Origin: Lingula anatina
Lineage: Eukaryota > Animalia > Brachiopoda
Direction of reading: 5' to 3'
Assembly: GCA_051362555.1 (NCBI GenBank)
Contig: CM120644.1
Location: 16,762,534 to 16,826,533, forward strand
Length of the DNA: 64,000 nt
Part shown: piece after piece, positions 45,281 to 59,793 of the stretch
How positions within the stretch are numbered: position 1 is the stretch's first letter
Layout: the number at the start of each line of letters is the position of its first letter
Position numbers and translations under genes: made by a program
Notes under the pieces: model-generated
What the model was told of the DNA's origin: nothing
Seen by the model: the letters and a program-made list of their open reading frames with translations, nothing else
Database searches by the model: none

Positions 45281-48200
45281 GTGGGCATCACTTTGCTGAA
45301 TTATTTGTTGATGGGACCAGAATCATGGATGAATCAAGGACGCAGAACATATGAGGCATTTCCAGGTGGGTTTTGAATCCTCCCCCCTCCAATCTATTTG
45401 GAAAATAAATGGTTATCTTGTTATTATACATTAACCTTATTTACAGATTCATAAAATTATCATTATTATTATTATAACAAGACATTCACGTCTAAATGCA
45501 CAGTTTTCCCACACTTGCCTATTTGGGGTGGACTAGGAAAGGTAGCTCTGTTTAGGTGGGGTATGCCATCAGAGGGAGAAGTGCTGCCACTGAGAGCGCC
45601 CTCTTGTGTGGGAAATGAGTTGCCATGGCTACCACTGCTGTAGCCTTCGGAGTGCATGTTGCTTTCCTGGCGTTGCATTTGAAGCTGTCTGAATATCTCC
45701 ATTTCCAGTTCAGATCTACAAAAAGAAAAAAATTTAAAGAAAAGATCAGGTATTGAACAATCGTCTTCAAATTGTCTTTGAAGAGGCATTGTGAATACAC
45801 ACACAAAATGGAATAAGAATCAAATCAGTACAACAGATATTACAAGTATAAATCCTTTTTGTTAATTACACAGGCAGAAATGAAAAACGCTGCTAAAAAC
45901 AGTTAAGTCGGAGAAAACCAAGATTGTACACTAATGCACTGTTGGTTGTAATGGACTGAACTGTTTGATGCTTCTCTTGCAAAGCTTCCTTTCCAGAAGT
46001 GAAAAAAAAAAAAGATACACAAAGAATTTTGGTGCTACTACTGAATCAATTTTGTTCACTAATTAAGCAAATGACAACAGCTCACCTCAGTCTAGTTTCT
46101 TCTTCATTAGACATGGTCCTCAAGGCCCCTATATTACTCAGCTGTATCAGTTGTGCCAGGTGCGGCTCATGCGTGTACAGGTTCTCCTCGATTTTCTGAA
46201 TACGCTGTTCAAATCTCTCCTCATTGAAGTGGATCTGTCATAAATATATACACATAAATTTATAACAGTTCATAATTGTAATTTAAAATGGTAGCATTTT
46301 ATTATTGATCTTTTTCAACCTAAATTCTGCTTCAAAAACATTCAGAGGTTATAAAATTGCTTTGTCAGAGCTGTGTCCGAATTTATATTATTTCTTGAAT
46401 GGAACACAAGTGAGCTCTTTACCTTATCTAATGATTAAATGCATACCATTTTTCTTTCCTTTGTAACAAGATAAATGTGTATGATTCAACACCCCCCCCC
46501 CCCAAAAAAAAATATATATATATAAATAAATAATATAAAATAATAATAGCAACAATAATGACAAAAGACCAAATATTCACCTCAGAACTTCCACTAGATA
46601 TCCCATCATCCCCAAACCCAAATGTCCGGTCTTGGTCAGCAAATTCTGCAGGATACTTGTCAGGCAGGACATCACCTGCCAGAGAACTCATCTTGAACAG
46701 CAGCTCATCAACTTGGTACTCTATCTCTGCTATGGTGAATTCCTGGTGGAAAAGCAAAGGAAGAAAGGTTTAAAATTTGAAAGGTTGCAATTTTAATTGG
46801 GGTGTGGGGTGGGGGTCATACACATATACATCAAACTGCTTCTCTGGAATTAAGTGTATGTGTTTTTTATTACAGGTATATGTTGATGAAGTTACTTTAA
46901 AACGACCAGTTTATTTTATCTACAAATTTTTTATATTAAATTCTTTAATTTAAATAAAAGTACTACTGGAAAACATTGCTATATGTAGCATCATTGACCA
47001 GACTCCTAGGGGCCATTCATTCCTTCAACACAGTAAGAGACCATTCAGAACAAGTTGATCTGCGGACTAAATATGGCCCTGACTAATTCCATGATGGCCT
47101 CCCTGCCTACCCGTCGTTGCAGGGGCCTTGCAATTATGCCTTAGAGATGAGATTTAATCCATTTAATGGCACATGTGGAGGCAGGGAGACTATCAGGGGA
47201 TTAAGCGGTACTGCTTTGAAGTTCAGTCGCCATATTTAGTCAGCGGATCAGTTAGTCCCCGGATCATCTGTTCTGAATGTTCTGTTCTCTAATTTTTCCA
47301 CTTACTGCTGGTAACATCTCTTCTCCTTCCTCCTCCTCTCTGTCTCCATCCCTCACTCCAGTACAGGCCAAAATCTTCTCCCAAAAGAACCCGAACCACT
47401 CTGCAGGCGACAATGCGATAATCTCATCTTGGTGGTATGCACGATAATGCACTGTCAAAATTGCGATGACGTACGCAGTGAGCATGCCCAAGGCAAATAT
47501 CATGAAGCTGATGAGAAATATGGCGGCCAAGGTAGAAGTGGGGCCGTCGAGTGGCTCTTTGAGGTCGTAACTGCCAGTCATGAGTGCGCTGACGGAGAAG
47601 ATACCTCGCCATAAACTGCTGAATTGGTAGCTGATGGTGTTGAAGAGAGCCACGCCTGTACTGCTGTATGCCATCACCCATATCACAAATGCCAGCTGTA
47701 AAATCAACAGGGAACAATTTAAAAAATGTTCCAAGACCTTGTATATTTTTTTCACCCATGGACTATATCCTTACAAATACAGAAATTTAAATTCTTTAAA
47801 CTCAAGCCTTTACAAGATTTGGAATTTATATATTAGAGTTTTAACACAACACAGTGTTGTTCACTTTACTGACACAGCTAAATGTTTGGTCAATTTAAAT
47901 GACTAAAATTCCATTTTTTCCGCATCCTGTCCATATAAAAACAAATTAAACTGCCTGTGAAGCAAACAAGCCCCAAATAATTCAAATCATCCTTACAAAG
48001 AAGGTGAGGAGGTCCCAGCGAGCTCTCTTGTAAACGTTGCCAATTTTGGCATAGAGCCGGCTGTATCTCAACAGTCTTAGAAACTGGGTCAACACCAGGA
48101 ACAGCATCAGCCCCACCAATGTCCTCAATACCTGAAAAAAATTTTTTTGAATTATTCAAATTATTCAGGTAATAATTTTTAAAAGTTAACAACTGAAAGG

Positions 48201-51200
48201 AAGCATACATTTATGAAGGAATGGTTTCAATTAATCTGTATCATTATTTAGCCTAAAAAATTATAAAGAAAAGACCAAAAAAAGCTGAGAATATTATCAA
48301 ATGTTATAGAAAAATTGTAGTCTACATTTTATTATAGACAAAAAGAGTTTATAAAAACTCTTAAATAACTCCAATTAAAAATTCACTATCAACACTTTCT
48401 GCTGTAGAGCCCCTCTGTGTTAGCATAGACAAATTACCTCGTCCCAGAATGCCACAAATGTCAGATCAACAAACTCCTCATGGTACGTGGAACGCAGAAT
48501 CTCCACTGTCCCTTGTACCAGAACAAACCGATACACGTAGCAGACAAAGTATGCCAGGAATAACAAGGTCAAGGCCACCTCCACCATATTCCATGGATGG
48601 CAGAAAAACTGTTTGCCCAGGCGGATGGCATGACTCAGCACCTTTTGGGCTCTATACAGCATCACTATTATGAACAGCAGCTGAAAATAAAGAGGAAGAA
48701 CACATGTTTAGGAACACCCAGTCATCTAAGATGCCATGTTACTTTAAGAAAAATCCCATTTCTCCACTTTGCCAGTATACCAGGAACAAGTAAACTTAAA
48801 GGATTACTCATTCAAAGTACATTATTAATTTATTTTATTTCGCTTTCAATGTGTAAGATATTAAACTTATGTAAATCATTTTTACCAAAATCATCATTCC
48901 TCTTCGTCCTGTGTGGGACATAAGGCCACAGTCACTTCTTTCCATTTTTGGCCCTAATTTTTACCAAAATAACCAACATAAATGACAATTTAATTTTCAA
49001 AGAACACCTCCTTACCTCACAAGCCAGGTGAAGATTGTCGTACACAGTGACATACTTATACAGGTGGGTGGAGATCACCTGGACACTGGGCGTTGCCTGA
49101 CCAGTGGGCGGGAACTCGCAAATGACCTTGACAGAGCTGAAAAAACTTGTCGGTGCGTGGAAGGTGGTGAATTCCAAAATGAGGGCGCGGGTCTGGCGAG
49201 AGGTCCAGCCTGCAGTTTGGAGTTCTGTGAGTTGGGAGTAAGCTCCAGCTCTGAAAGTAATGTGGATTTTCATTACACATTGAATTTGTGAGAAAGGGAG
49301 AAATAAATAAGTGAAATATGGTTTTATGTTATACTAAAGAAATCTTTTTATGCTACACAAGTTCTAAAATTAGATGACCTAAAGAAATAAAATATTTAAG
49401 AGAATTATGACACCGTCTTTCTTAAACTGCATATTCAAAATCCCATATCATTTCCCCCCAAAAATCACCTACCTGGTTTTGTTAAGCCTCACTATAAATC
49501 CATTCCCATCATACCATGCATGCTGTCCCATAATGCCGCTGTACTGGAGAGAGGAATATCCAAAGGTCACATTTTGCCCAAAGTCTGAAGTTTGTTTAGA
49601 CGATCCCGAATAATCATGACGGCAAGTTTTGGAGATGTTGTAAGAGGCCTCACAGCTCACCTCGTTCACTCTCAGTTGACGTAAGATAGCGTAGCCGATG
49701 ATATAACTGTTTCCTGGCAATGCCAAGAACTGGTTGGAGCTGGTTCCATACAGACTGTCCAACATGTCCGTTTTACTCCACTGCCACCAATCGCTAAGAT
49801 GCTTCACTTTCTCCAGAGGGTGCGTGAAGCTGCTGTTAAAGAAGAGAGATGATTCATTAATACATTTAAATAATACATTATTTAATCTTAAAGTTATTAA
49901 AGGAGAATTTAAACCAATGCTCCATCAGCTTCCTTTCACTTGTTCATAAGTTAATGTCTGAAGTAAAGTTCAAAAGGTAAGAAACAAAGAGAACTGTGAG
50001 AACGATTTCACAAACTCAAGCAAAACTCTCAAATCTGATTACCGCAAACGTACCTTAGAAATGTTGTCTCCAGAGCTTTATTCAACTGATAAGAAGTGGA
50101 CGAGAACTTCCCAAATGCCATGAATATCAGAAGCAGGAAGACTAAGGCAAATGACAGAATATCCCACAAGATGGCGTATGCTTTCTTCTCTTTCATGTTG
50201 CGTCGCCTTGCCTTAATCAGTTCTTTCTCTTGAGGTGGACGTGCAAATCTCAGGTAGCGGGAGCGTTGCCTGGCTGCAATACCCTGGTGACAAAATAAAT
50301 TTTCTTTCAATATCAAACTTTGTTTCGGATTTCTGTACAAAATTAGCTGTTGGTTATTAATTTTTCTATCATCAAAATGTTCAATGGATGACACTTTCAT
50401 CTGTTACAATAAAATTTTCAAGCCTCTTTTCTATTTTGTTAAAGAAATAATTGACCAATTTTTTTCTAAAAAATATATATATATTCATTAATCAATATAA
50501 GATATTATCAAACAGTACAAACCTTGGCCAGTTCGTCATCCTCATTGCGACATCCAAATGACAGGGCCATGTTGCCTGCCCCCACCAGTTTCACATCCTC
50601 ACAGTATTCTATGTCCTCCACATTCAAGATGGACGCCTCATTTCGATACTTGCAAGCTGTGATCAGCACAGCCAATAGGATCTGGAAGATTAAGTTTCAA
50701 GGTAAGGATGAAAAGATTAAGTTTGGGTCTTATGTGGTCATCCTATCATCCACCAAGAATAACATATCTGGCACGCATTTGGTCATCTTCTGACAGATAT
50801 AATTTATTCAAATTTTATTCTGATAATTTGAAGTCAAAATTCCAAACAGCATTAACTTACTACAATTAGGTTTTCTTTAAACGTATGAAAAGACACTGCT
50901 GCTGAATAAAAAAATAACATTTTAAAAAACAAAGATATGTATACTTAAAACAAATTAGGTTTCTCTTTCATTTAAGCATATAGAAGACACTTAATATCAT
51001 GAAAGGTATCTAAAAATGTATAAAGGCCCACGCGGACTCTTGCTGAATGCAATCAAATAGATTAACAAGCCTCCTCCTGGCACTAAGTTGAGTACAGAAA
51101 AGCTGGTGATGTTAATATGGTTGCATTCAGCGACAGTCCCAGCGGAGTTGGATTCGATCTATGTAGAACAACAGTTTTGTTGGGAAAGGGCCCAAAGAAG

Positions 51201-53096
51201 ATAATTTAATGTGTCTATTAGTCTAAAGCTTTTTAGTCGGTCGCCATATTTGGCCCGCGGACTAGTAAGTCTGCTGTTCTGAATGCAGCCTAAAGTCGGA
51301 TGTAGCTCGTCTTGAACCCTGCCTCCAATACCTACCACAACAGGCTGTGTGAAGAACACACTGGTCATCAGGCTGAAGTAAAAAGACTGAAGCCACATCA
51401 CGCTCTTGACGTGCCCGAAGTTTAATCCATACATCACAGTGATGGCTCCACACCCACTGGCGATGACCAAACACAGGGTCCACACGATGTACCTGAAACA
51501 CAGTGGACATAGGCAGTTCTGGGGGCCTCTGGTGTGGTCCTCGATGAGAACGACATCTGTTGGGGCAAGGACCTTGGCACCGTTGTCCGAGTGGTCACTC
51601 CTTGTGTCTTGGTCACTGGTGTCAGACAAAACGGCAGCAGTGCGGTCCTGGCTCAAGCAGTCTTCAAATCCACTAGAGGCTTCTGTCTCGTAACCTGCAG
51701 AAATATTCAATCATATGAAATTCTACAGAAAGATGAAAGATGTTGTTCACGATGAAATTTTCACCATCAACTCAAAATTCTTGCAAAATTTGTAAAAGGG
51801 TGTCACCTTTAAAACCTCTATTTCAATGACACACAGGCTATTATTATTATTATCATTATTCATTAATTCATTCATATTTTTTGCTGATTATGATGAACTT
51901 TGATTACTCCATACCTTTCTTCGGCTTGACACTCTCAGAGCTGGACATGGACTGCTGATAGCGCTTCTCCCATGTTTTCTGAGCCCACTCCTGTAGGCTT
52001 TGCCAGTGGATCAGTGATTGGTCGATTAAAGAATGAGTCATGATGGGAAGGACAGTAGGTGTCTCGGAGCTTCTCTCCGACTGCTCGTCGTCATTTTTCA
52101 CTAGGCTTTTGTATCTTTCTTCCGTGGAGTGTTTGGATTTCTTCAGCTGAAACAGAAAACATGATTTTTTTTAAATATGTACACAAACTCTTCCATGACT
52201 CAAATATGAAATACATAACAAAAACAAACTTGAAATGAACTGAAAATTAAAACTGATTTATGAAAAAATTGATTTTTCATAATAGTGATGTTTACATATA
52301 CTGATGTCTTCTTACCTCACTTCTTCTGTACAAGAAGGCCAGAAGAACGTACAGTGGTCCCACAATTGCACTGCAGATGGCGCCAACAGCAATGGCTTTC
52401 CAAGACAAGTCCAGAAGGCCAAACTCTCCTCGATACTTTAAAAATAGCAGGTTATCATCAATAATACTTACATCATATATTATACTCAAAGTATTATGCA
52501 ATGCATTCAATTTATTATTGGTCAATTCATTGGGATGTTTTCTAATTTTTTATTTTCTTCATACCTCTATTTATTTTATACAAAACAAATCTGCAAAGCA
52601 GTACAGGTTAAAAAAAATTGTTCATTAAATGTTAAGACTGGATAAATTACACTGGCGTCCATATCTTTTTTATTCCCCATGGTACCGCTTCCTACCTCTA
52701 AATGCGGTTCTTTCCAATGGAACCACAAGCAGTCCAGGCACATGTAGGCCATCAGCATGGTGAAACAGCATGTCAGGCGCTCTGGGCGACTGAAACGACT
52801 GTACGCGGGCCGCGTGATGATGGAGCTCCAGATGTGGTAGTCACAGAAATACTGCCAGCCCTTGGTCCAGAACACCTGTGAATATGATTTTATTTCTATA
52901 TTTTATTTTGGCTTTTACATTAGAATTAAATAAGCACACAATACAAGATACACAAAGGCACTTAACTGAAATACTCCTAACATGCACTTCTATTTGTAAG
53001 TGTTACCATGATTTTAAATATCAACTTTAGTTTTAAACTTATAATCAGCATTATTAAATGCTATAATTTTCATTATTATTCAAGCTTAAGTTTTCA

Positions 53097-53153
<57 letters not shown>

Positions 53154-54646
53154 TCTTTTTTCCACAGGTAATTTCATTATTATTGTTCTTATCATTTAAA
53201 GCCACTAAATTTCAGCTACACATAACATGATAAAAAGAAAGCCATATTTATAAACCATCTTTGGCCTTAGACTTAAAACAACTATCAGATTGGCTTTTAA
53301 AACATGGGGAGAATGCACAACAAACAAAAAAAGATTCTTACCCTCTGAAAACCTGGCTTTCCTTCCAATGCAGGAATCTCGCGCTCAATTCTGCCATCAT
53401 CTTCTTCAACAGCAAACCACCTTTCACAAATGAAATAGTACTTCTGACCTGCAAAGGAGGGGAGCAACAAAAATTATAATCAATTGTAAAATTTTAAGTA
53501 TTCGAAAAAATGTTACTTTACACTCAAACAAAGTCTTCCAGGGATTAAAACAAAACATTTTCATTTTAACTAATGCTGATAAATTTAAAACAAAACAATG
53601 TGGCTCCATCGTTCACATTATTTTTAAAAGTCAGAAGATCTGTTCCTATAAACAACAAAAATTTCACGTTTTTATAAAAAGTTAAATTATCAAAAAAAAA
53701 AAAAAAAAAAAAAAAATCCATTATCTGATGATGCAGAATTCCTAAAATAAAATCCTTGTCACCAATCCTTACCCGTGTTGAGATCCTTCACGATGACTGT
53801 ACTGAGGTACCAGCTGGGAGACCGCCCGGCGTTGTTATGCCACAGTTGTACCTTCCACAGTTTACCCAGCCCCTCAGGGAGTGTTGCCAGGAACGTGTGG
53901 CGGGAATTGGGCTTAAACATCTCCTTCTTGCCCTGACAGACCAGTTCTCTGGTCTCTGAGATGCCTTCCATGCCGTGGAGGATGATGCTAACCTGTTCAC
54001 ATAAGAAAGGTTATAGGACTTAATGTTTTTTTGCACAGGGTATGTAGCAAAATGCCCTGAAATTTGGGAACACCTTGCTTTTCATAAGATTTAATTATAT
54101 CCAAAGGAAAATGAATGGGTCAGATAAAAGCAGGCAAAGGTGTTTAGGAAAAAACTTCCTTTTTTTTACTGAGATTATTCAAACCAAATGACCAGTTTTT
54201 GCTCTTTTCGTAAAATTCTACTTTACTTTGTGCACATTTTCTTAACAATATCAATTTCAAATCCTTCAATCATTTCTAAATCATTTTCAATTACCTTGGC
54301 TGTTGTTCCAGCTCCTTTCAAACTCCCAGTTTCAATCATGATTTCATAGCGCTGTTTGTCAGTTGGAGAGTTGTCCTCCAGGCAGATGACTTCTCTTCTC
54401 TCGCAGCCAGTGTCAAATCGACAGCATAGGATGAGCAACATAATGTAGATGATAACCACACAGCCTACAAACATAGGTGGTACATAGTTTGGACTCTCCC
54501 TGAAAGAGGAAAAAAAAGTAACAGATGAAAATCTGTTCAAGTACAATTGATTAATCGTTATAAAATTATCAATGCAAAACTCTAAAGTTTCCAATTATTT
54601 TTTGGGGAAAAATTATTCAGAAAGTTTTTATTCATTTTATGTGCCA

Positions 54647-54688
<42 letters not shown>

Positions 54689-57353
54689 GGTTCCTTTACC
54701 CAAATCACACCGATCTGCTTTTCCACTTCAAAATCAGCCAGGAAGTATTTAAAACAAAATCTCCAGACAATGTAATGTTACTCACACAAAGAACGTGTCC
54801 ACTTTGACCACAGTGAGATCACTGGACACTGGGGAGAAGTGACCAGCAAATGACGTCAGATGGTTACAACTGGAATGGAACAGTGGTATTTATATACATT
54901 GAAGATCTTAAACATGTATAAAATATACATATATCTTAAACAAGATGTATCTTGACAACAGGACAGGGAAAAGGAGGAAAAAATAAAATTCTTTGTACTG
55001 GAAATAATTATTGTGTTATGGCTTAATAATGTACTATTAATTCAAAGTCAAAATTCTAGAATTTACTGAGAATTGTATAAACACTGAAGGTCTTAAACAA
55101 ATACATAGCTTCATCTTGACTACAATACACTATAAGATGTCTTATAGGACCTTGCAGAATTTTGAGTCAATTTCAAATAGAACGCACCATTATAGGACCC
55201 TATGTGAAACTTTCATTCAGGTGCAGACCCGTAACCAGCAATTTCAAAAGGGGGGGGGGGGGGGTTCTTTTTCTGAAAAAGTGGACCTTTTCCCATAAAA
55301 ACTTCATGTACCTAGATCAAATTTTACCCAGAGTGGACCTCTTTCCAGCAAAAGGGGCGGTACTTTCGACCCCCCCCCCCCCCCCCCCCCGAATCCCCCC
55401 TGGCTATGGACCTGAGGTGCATAATATAAATAACAACATACCTGCAATGTGTAGTAGCATATGTTGATGATTCTTCATGATAACACCCTTCACTAGACCA
55501 AGCTGGGATCTGTTCATTCCAGTACACACAGTCTCCCCACCACATCCGCAGCGCGTAGCCTCGTTCGCGAATTTCTCCATCGCGAGGACGCCCGGCATCA
55601 AAACTCGCGTCAACAACACCTAGGTAGTAAGTGCCTGTCTCTGAGGATGCAAATAAAATCGTGTTCGTTATTTTCGGATAACAAATTACATATTATTCCT
55701 TCATAAAAAGTAAATTTCTTCGCATTCTTCCACCCTGTCACAAATTGAATGCGTTATGGTAGAGTGTCCATAGTTGCATTCAAACAGACGCAACTGCCAC
55801 ACTAATTTTCTCGTAAGGCAATTCCAAAATGGACGATCAGCTTTTGAAATAAATTTTGAAGAATATCAGCCTGAATTGGCCCATATATTTTTTAATGGCA
55901 TTCCTACTTTAAAATGTTATTTTGACTAACCACACGAGGGCCATAGGAAGGATGAATATTATATTTACCATGTTTTTACCTTCAATATGTATAAATAAAT
56001 AAAAAGAAAGGAACAACAAACACTCGGTGCTGATACTTACGGTTTAACCTTCCTGCTGGAATGTAAATCTTCAAGCTGCTGTCAAGATGGTGGTATTCTT
56101 TCTTCAGCCAGTGGTGGGTGGGAGATGGTGGCTGGTCAAAACTGAAATAATGGAGTGAAAATAAGAATGTGAGTCTCCAAAATTCACAGAATACAACTTT
56201 TTATCATCTTAATTTCATTTTGGGGATATTGTTTGAATATGTTCCTTCATGTGATAATGCATTTTATTTTAACTTCCATTGTCTAAGCTTATGGCTTATT
56301 CACAGGGAACATCCAGCATCTGATCAGAGCTCGTCTTGTTTACTAGGGACATCTATTGGTCAGCCTGCCAATGAATATCTTGCTTACACAGCTGCTGCTC
56401 TCCCTCAGATGGTAACACACCTGAAACTTTGCTCACCTTGTCATAGAAACAGGCCTGAGCACAAATTTCAGACGGGCTTCCATCAAGGTTGTATCCTTTA
56501 CCTCATCCTTGTCTTCTTCCACAGTTTTCTTTTCTCTGGTTTCCAACTGATAACGGATTTAACAGGAGTATTTCTGTTCCACTAGTTCAGATTTAACTGT
56601 ATACTGCATGTTCTGACATCTTGGTTTATCCAAACAGTGTAATCCCATAATTACATTTCAACACCTCTTCTATCCAGCATCACGTGAGGCTCACACCTCA
56701 TATCTTATACCACTGTTAATTGCCTGGTCTGGGGAGTTATCAGTTTAAAAAAACACTGGCTGCTTTGCACCCCTCTGTAAAATTACTCTGTTAATACCAT
56801 GTAAGAGATAATCCCACACAGTTGTCAGACCGTCAGACTGACACACCTGAAACTTTGCTCACCTTACTATCAGGCTTGAGTCAAAATTTCAGGCACATCA
56901 GGCAGACGAGTTTCTCTTTATTGGCTGCAGGCCTCCACTTCCATTAAAAAATTTTTCAGAGCCATAAAAATGTACCTTTGAGCAAGTTATGGTAAGTAAA
57001 AACCAACTCCCCTTGACTTGTTGCAGAATCAAACAGTACACACTCCTAGTTTTCAAATTTTCGGCCATAAATCTGTCCCCTATGGCCACCAATCAGCACT
57101 TCATGTCACTGCTAAAATTCCAGCGACTTTGTTCTGATGACAACAGTTATAAAAGTGATGTACCTTTAAGGTCTTCCTTCCAAGGTCGTAGTACACCACA
57201 AGAAAAAAAAAAATCCATTGCTTGTTTCAAAATTGTATTTATATGTACCCATGTAACCCCATTTTTTTCCAAAGAATTTGGGAGAAAATAATGCAGTCAT
57301 AAGCAGACATAAAATGAATACAAAGAACAATTTATCCTGCATCAGTAATTATT

Positions 57354-57409
<56 letters not shown>

Positions 57410-59793
57410 TCTAGCTTCCTTACCTTATAAGCAGAGCAATGGGGAAAGACCTGCCCTGTGCTTGGTTCAGAAACTCCAGCTCCACCTGCAGGGACTGTCT
57501 GAGGTTCTCCACAGTCACATTAAATTTGTGGATATTCATGTTTTCTTTCTTCAGCTGATACTGCTGTGGGACAGCATTCTATAATTAAAAACAAGTTTCA
57601 GACATCAGTAATTGCTGAATTCATATAAATCCATTGTAGAAAAGTTATAAGGATGGAGTAGTGCACTTAAACCTGCCAATAGTAGTCTAATATACATAAT
57701 TCAATAATAGCTGTATATACAGAAAAAAAATAGACTAAAGCACTCAACTTCTAAAATATCTGCTTTCATTATTTATCAATGTAATCTATACAACGGAAAC
57801 AATGTAGAACCATTCTGAGCCCCCATCCCCCCCTACCCTCCAGTATATTAGAGGCAAAAAAAAAACTTTCAAATGTTAACATATAGAAGACTTCATCAGT
57901 GGTCCAAGCGTTTTATCAGAGAGCAATTTCCTGTACATAACTGGCTGTAATCCAGTTTGTCTTCATATCTCCAGTGACGCATGCAACTAATCTTTGTCAC
58001 CAAAAAAGATAAATTAGTATTGAGCTTTTATTGATCTGAGCTGACCCTGGGATTTTATTATATTTATTTATTTTTTTGTTATTTCTTTAAAATTCATTTA
58101 TTTGTTTATTCATTGATCTACTTGTGCCCCTACACTTTCTTGATATCCTTGATTTTTAGCGAATTTTGTAAAAAACAAACAAACAAACAAACAAACAAAT
58201 AAATAAATAAATAAATATTTTAACCTCTCCCCCCTTATGAATATCATGGATCTACCATCTATTATAGCATAAACTATTGCCATGGCACATGCTCTTGTTT
58301 GGATTTAATGGATCAAAACTAACATCGTCTTCAGAGTAAGAAGGCCCTTAGCCAGCAATTTTAAATTGGGGGGGGGGGGTCGTTTTCTGAAAAAGTGGAC
58401 CTTTTACCATAAAACCTTCATGTACCTAGATCAAATTTTATCCAGAGAGGACCTTTTCCCAGCAAAAAGGGCGGTTCTTTAGAACCCTCCGAACCCCCCC
58501 CCACTGGCTCCGGGCCTGGTAAGCATTTCTTGGCACGGCATGACTCACATGAGATTTGTCTAAATGACAGGAGACTAATCTGATAAACCAATTTGCAATT
58601 TACGCCAGGACACACTTCAAACATTGAGGACTCAATTAATTAACAAGTAGGAAGAAGACTTGATTATGTGACGGAGGGGTTTTTGATTGCCGCGTTTAAT
58701 TAATGACTCATTATCCCTGGTGCCATAATTGGAGGAATCCGCAGCTGTCAAAAATGGGGCCTCATCAATGGACGGGAAAAAAGATCGATAATGTGTAAGA
58801 CAAAATTGTGTGAATGGTACACATGTCATTCTAAATGTACTATAAAATCACTTGCCATGCATGTTTCATGCTTCTTTTCCATTAAAGGGCTATTTCCATT
58901 AAGAAGCTAATGTCCTATTTTTTCATTGCCCCTGAATCATTACTTGATACATTTCGTTCTCTCGCTGAAGTACTGTTAGAAAGAAACATTTCCTACCTTG
59001 GATAAGAGAAGTTCTAGTCAGGACATATTAAAATTATGAAATCTATTCTGCCAATTTGGTGTTTTTTTTTCTTTTTTTTTTTGCCTGGGATAAAACAATT
59101 TCAATTTCACTTCATTTTTTTTTTCTTCTTTAAACCTTATGGACGTAAACTCAAAGAGCAACCACCTTGAACACTGCAGACAACACTCCCACTATCCCAT
59201 AACGCAGTATTTTTAATCCCACAATGCACCTACCTGGTCAGGAGTATTTTGGAGTTCCATTCTAATCAAGCTTTCATCAGTGAGGTTCTGTACCACAATC
59301 GGGTTTGATAGGCAGTCAAACAGTTTCAGGGAGGCCACTCGGGACTGCACCTATTACATAATTAAAACAAAGATGATCATTAAAAATTTTTGTTCATTTC
59401 AAATAATTTTCTACTAATTTCCGATTTAGTTCCTCAAAATTGAGAATCATCAGTCACTGCTATATCATAACAGATTTTTATGCATTCTACAGTGTATTTC
59501 TTCATTTAACAATTTTATCTGAAAGTTATAACTGATTTAACTTATCTCACCTCCTGTCCAATAAAAGGGTTCCCCTTGTAGGTAACCATGACAACCTGGA
59601 CACACCCATTGGCAGCAAAGACTGCCTGTTGCTTGGCAACAACTGCGGGAAGTGTAGATGGCAGCACAAACTTTGCTCCTGGCACCTGTAATGTTGGCAC
59701 ACTCCTGGAGTCGTATAGCGCTGCATGATGGGAAGCAAAATCGGTATCTTCGTTGATAGGCTCTTCTCCTATTGAACGGTCATTAAGGGCAAC
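44551..59793 (-). CDS. Polycystin-1-like (PKD1/PKD1L family) gene, 3' part; 5' end lies beyond the window
   Basis: About 25 exons, boundaries partly approximate. GAIN-like exons (59793-59551 and following); GPS CVYWNE...WSSEGC...THCR|CNHLTSF (55640-55442, ~54869-54785); TM1 and PLAT (YEIMIETGSLKGAGTTAKV, VQLWHNNAGRSPSWYL); HIWSSI..RP..SRFSRPERLTCCF; polycystin channel region (LRQLRV, TRALILEF, PWN); stop at 44551. Confidence 0.92.
47040..47280. mobile_element. Degenerate inverted-repeat element (family D)
   Basis: CATTCAGAACA..GCGGACTAAATATGGC versus GCCATATTTAGTC..TGTTCTGAATG. Related pieces at about 29400-29590 and 51235-51292. Confidence 0.55.
53098..53151. repeat. (TAT)n microsatellite
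   Basis: Direct reading; similar tracts at 32203-32239 and 54650-54687. Confidence 0.95.
55224..55414 (-). mobile_element. MITE family A, copy 3
   Basis: TIRs CAGACCCGTAACCAG / CTGGCTATGGACCTG with AGGTG duplicated on both sides; reverse orientation relative to copy 2. Confidence 0.9.
57357..57406. repeat. (CA)n microsatellite
   Basis: Direct reading. Confidence 0.95.
58341..58518 (-). mobile_element. MITE family A, copy 4
   Basis: TIRs AAGGCCCTTAGCCAG / CTGGCTCCGGGCCTG with GTAAG duplicated on both sides. Confidence 0.9.
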
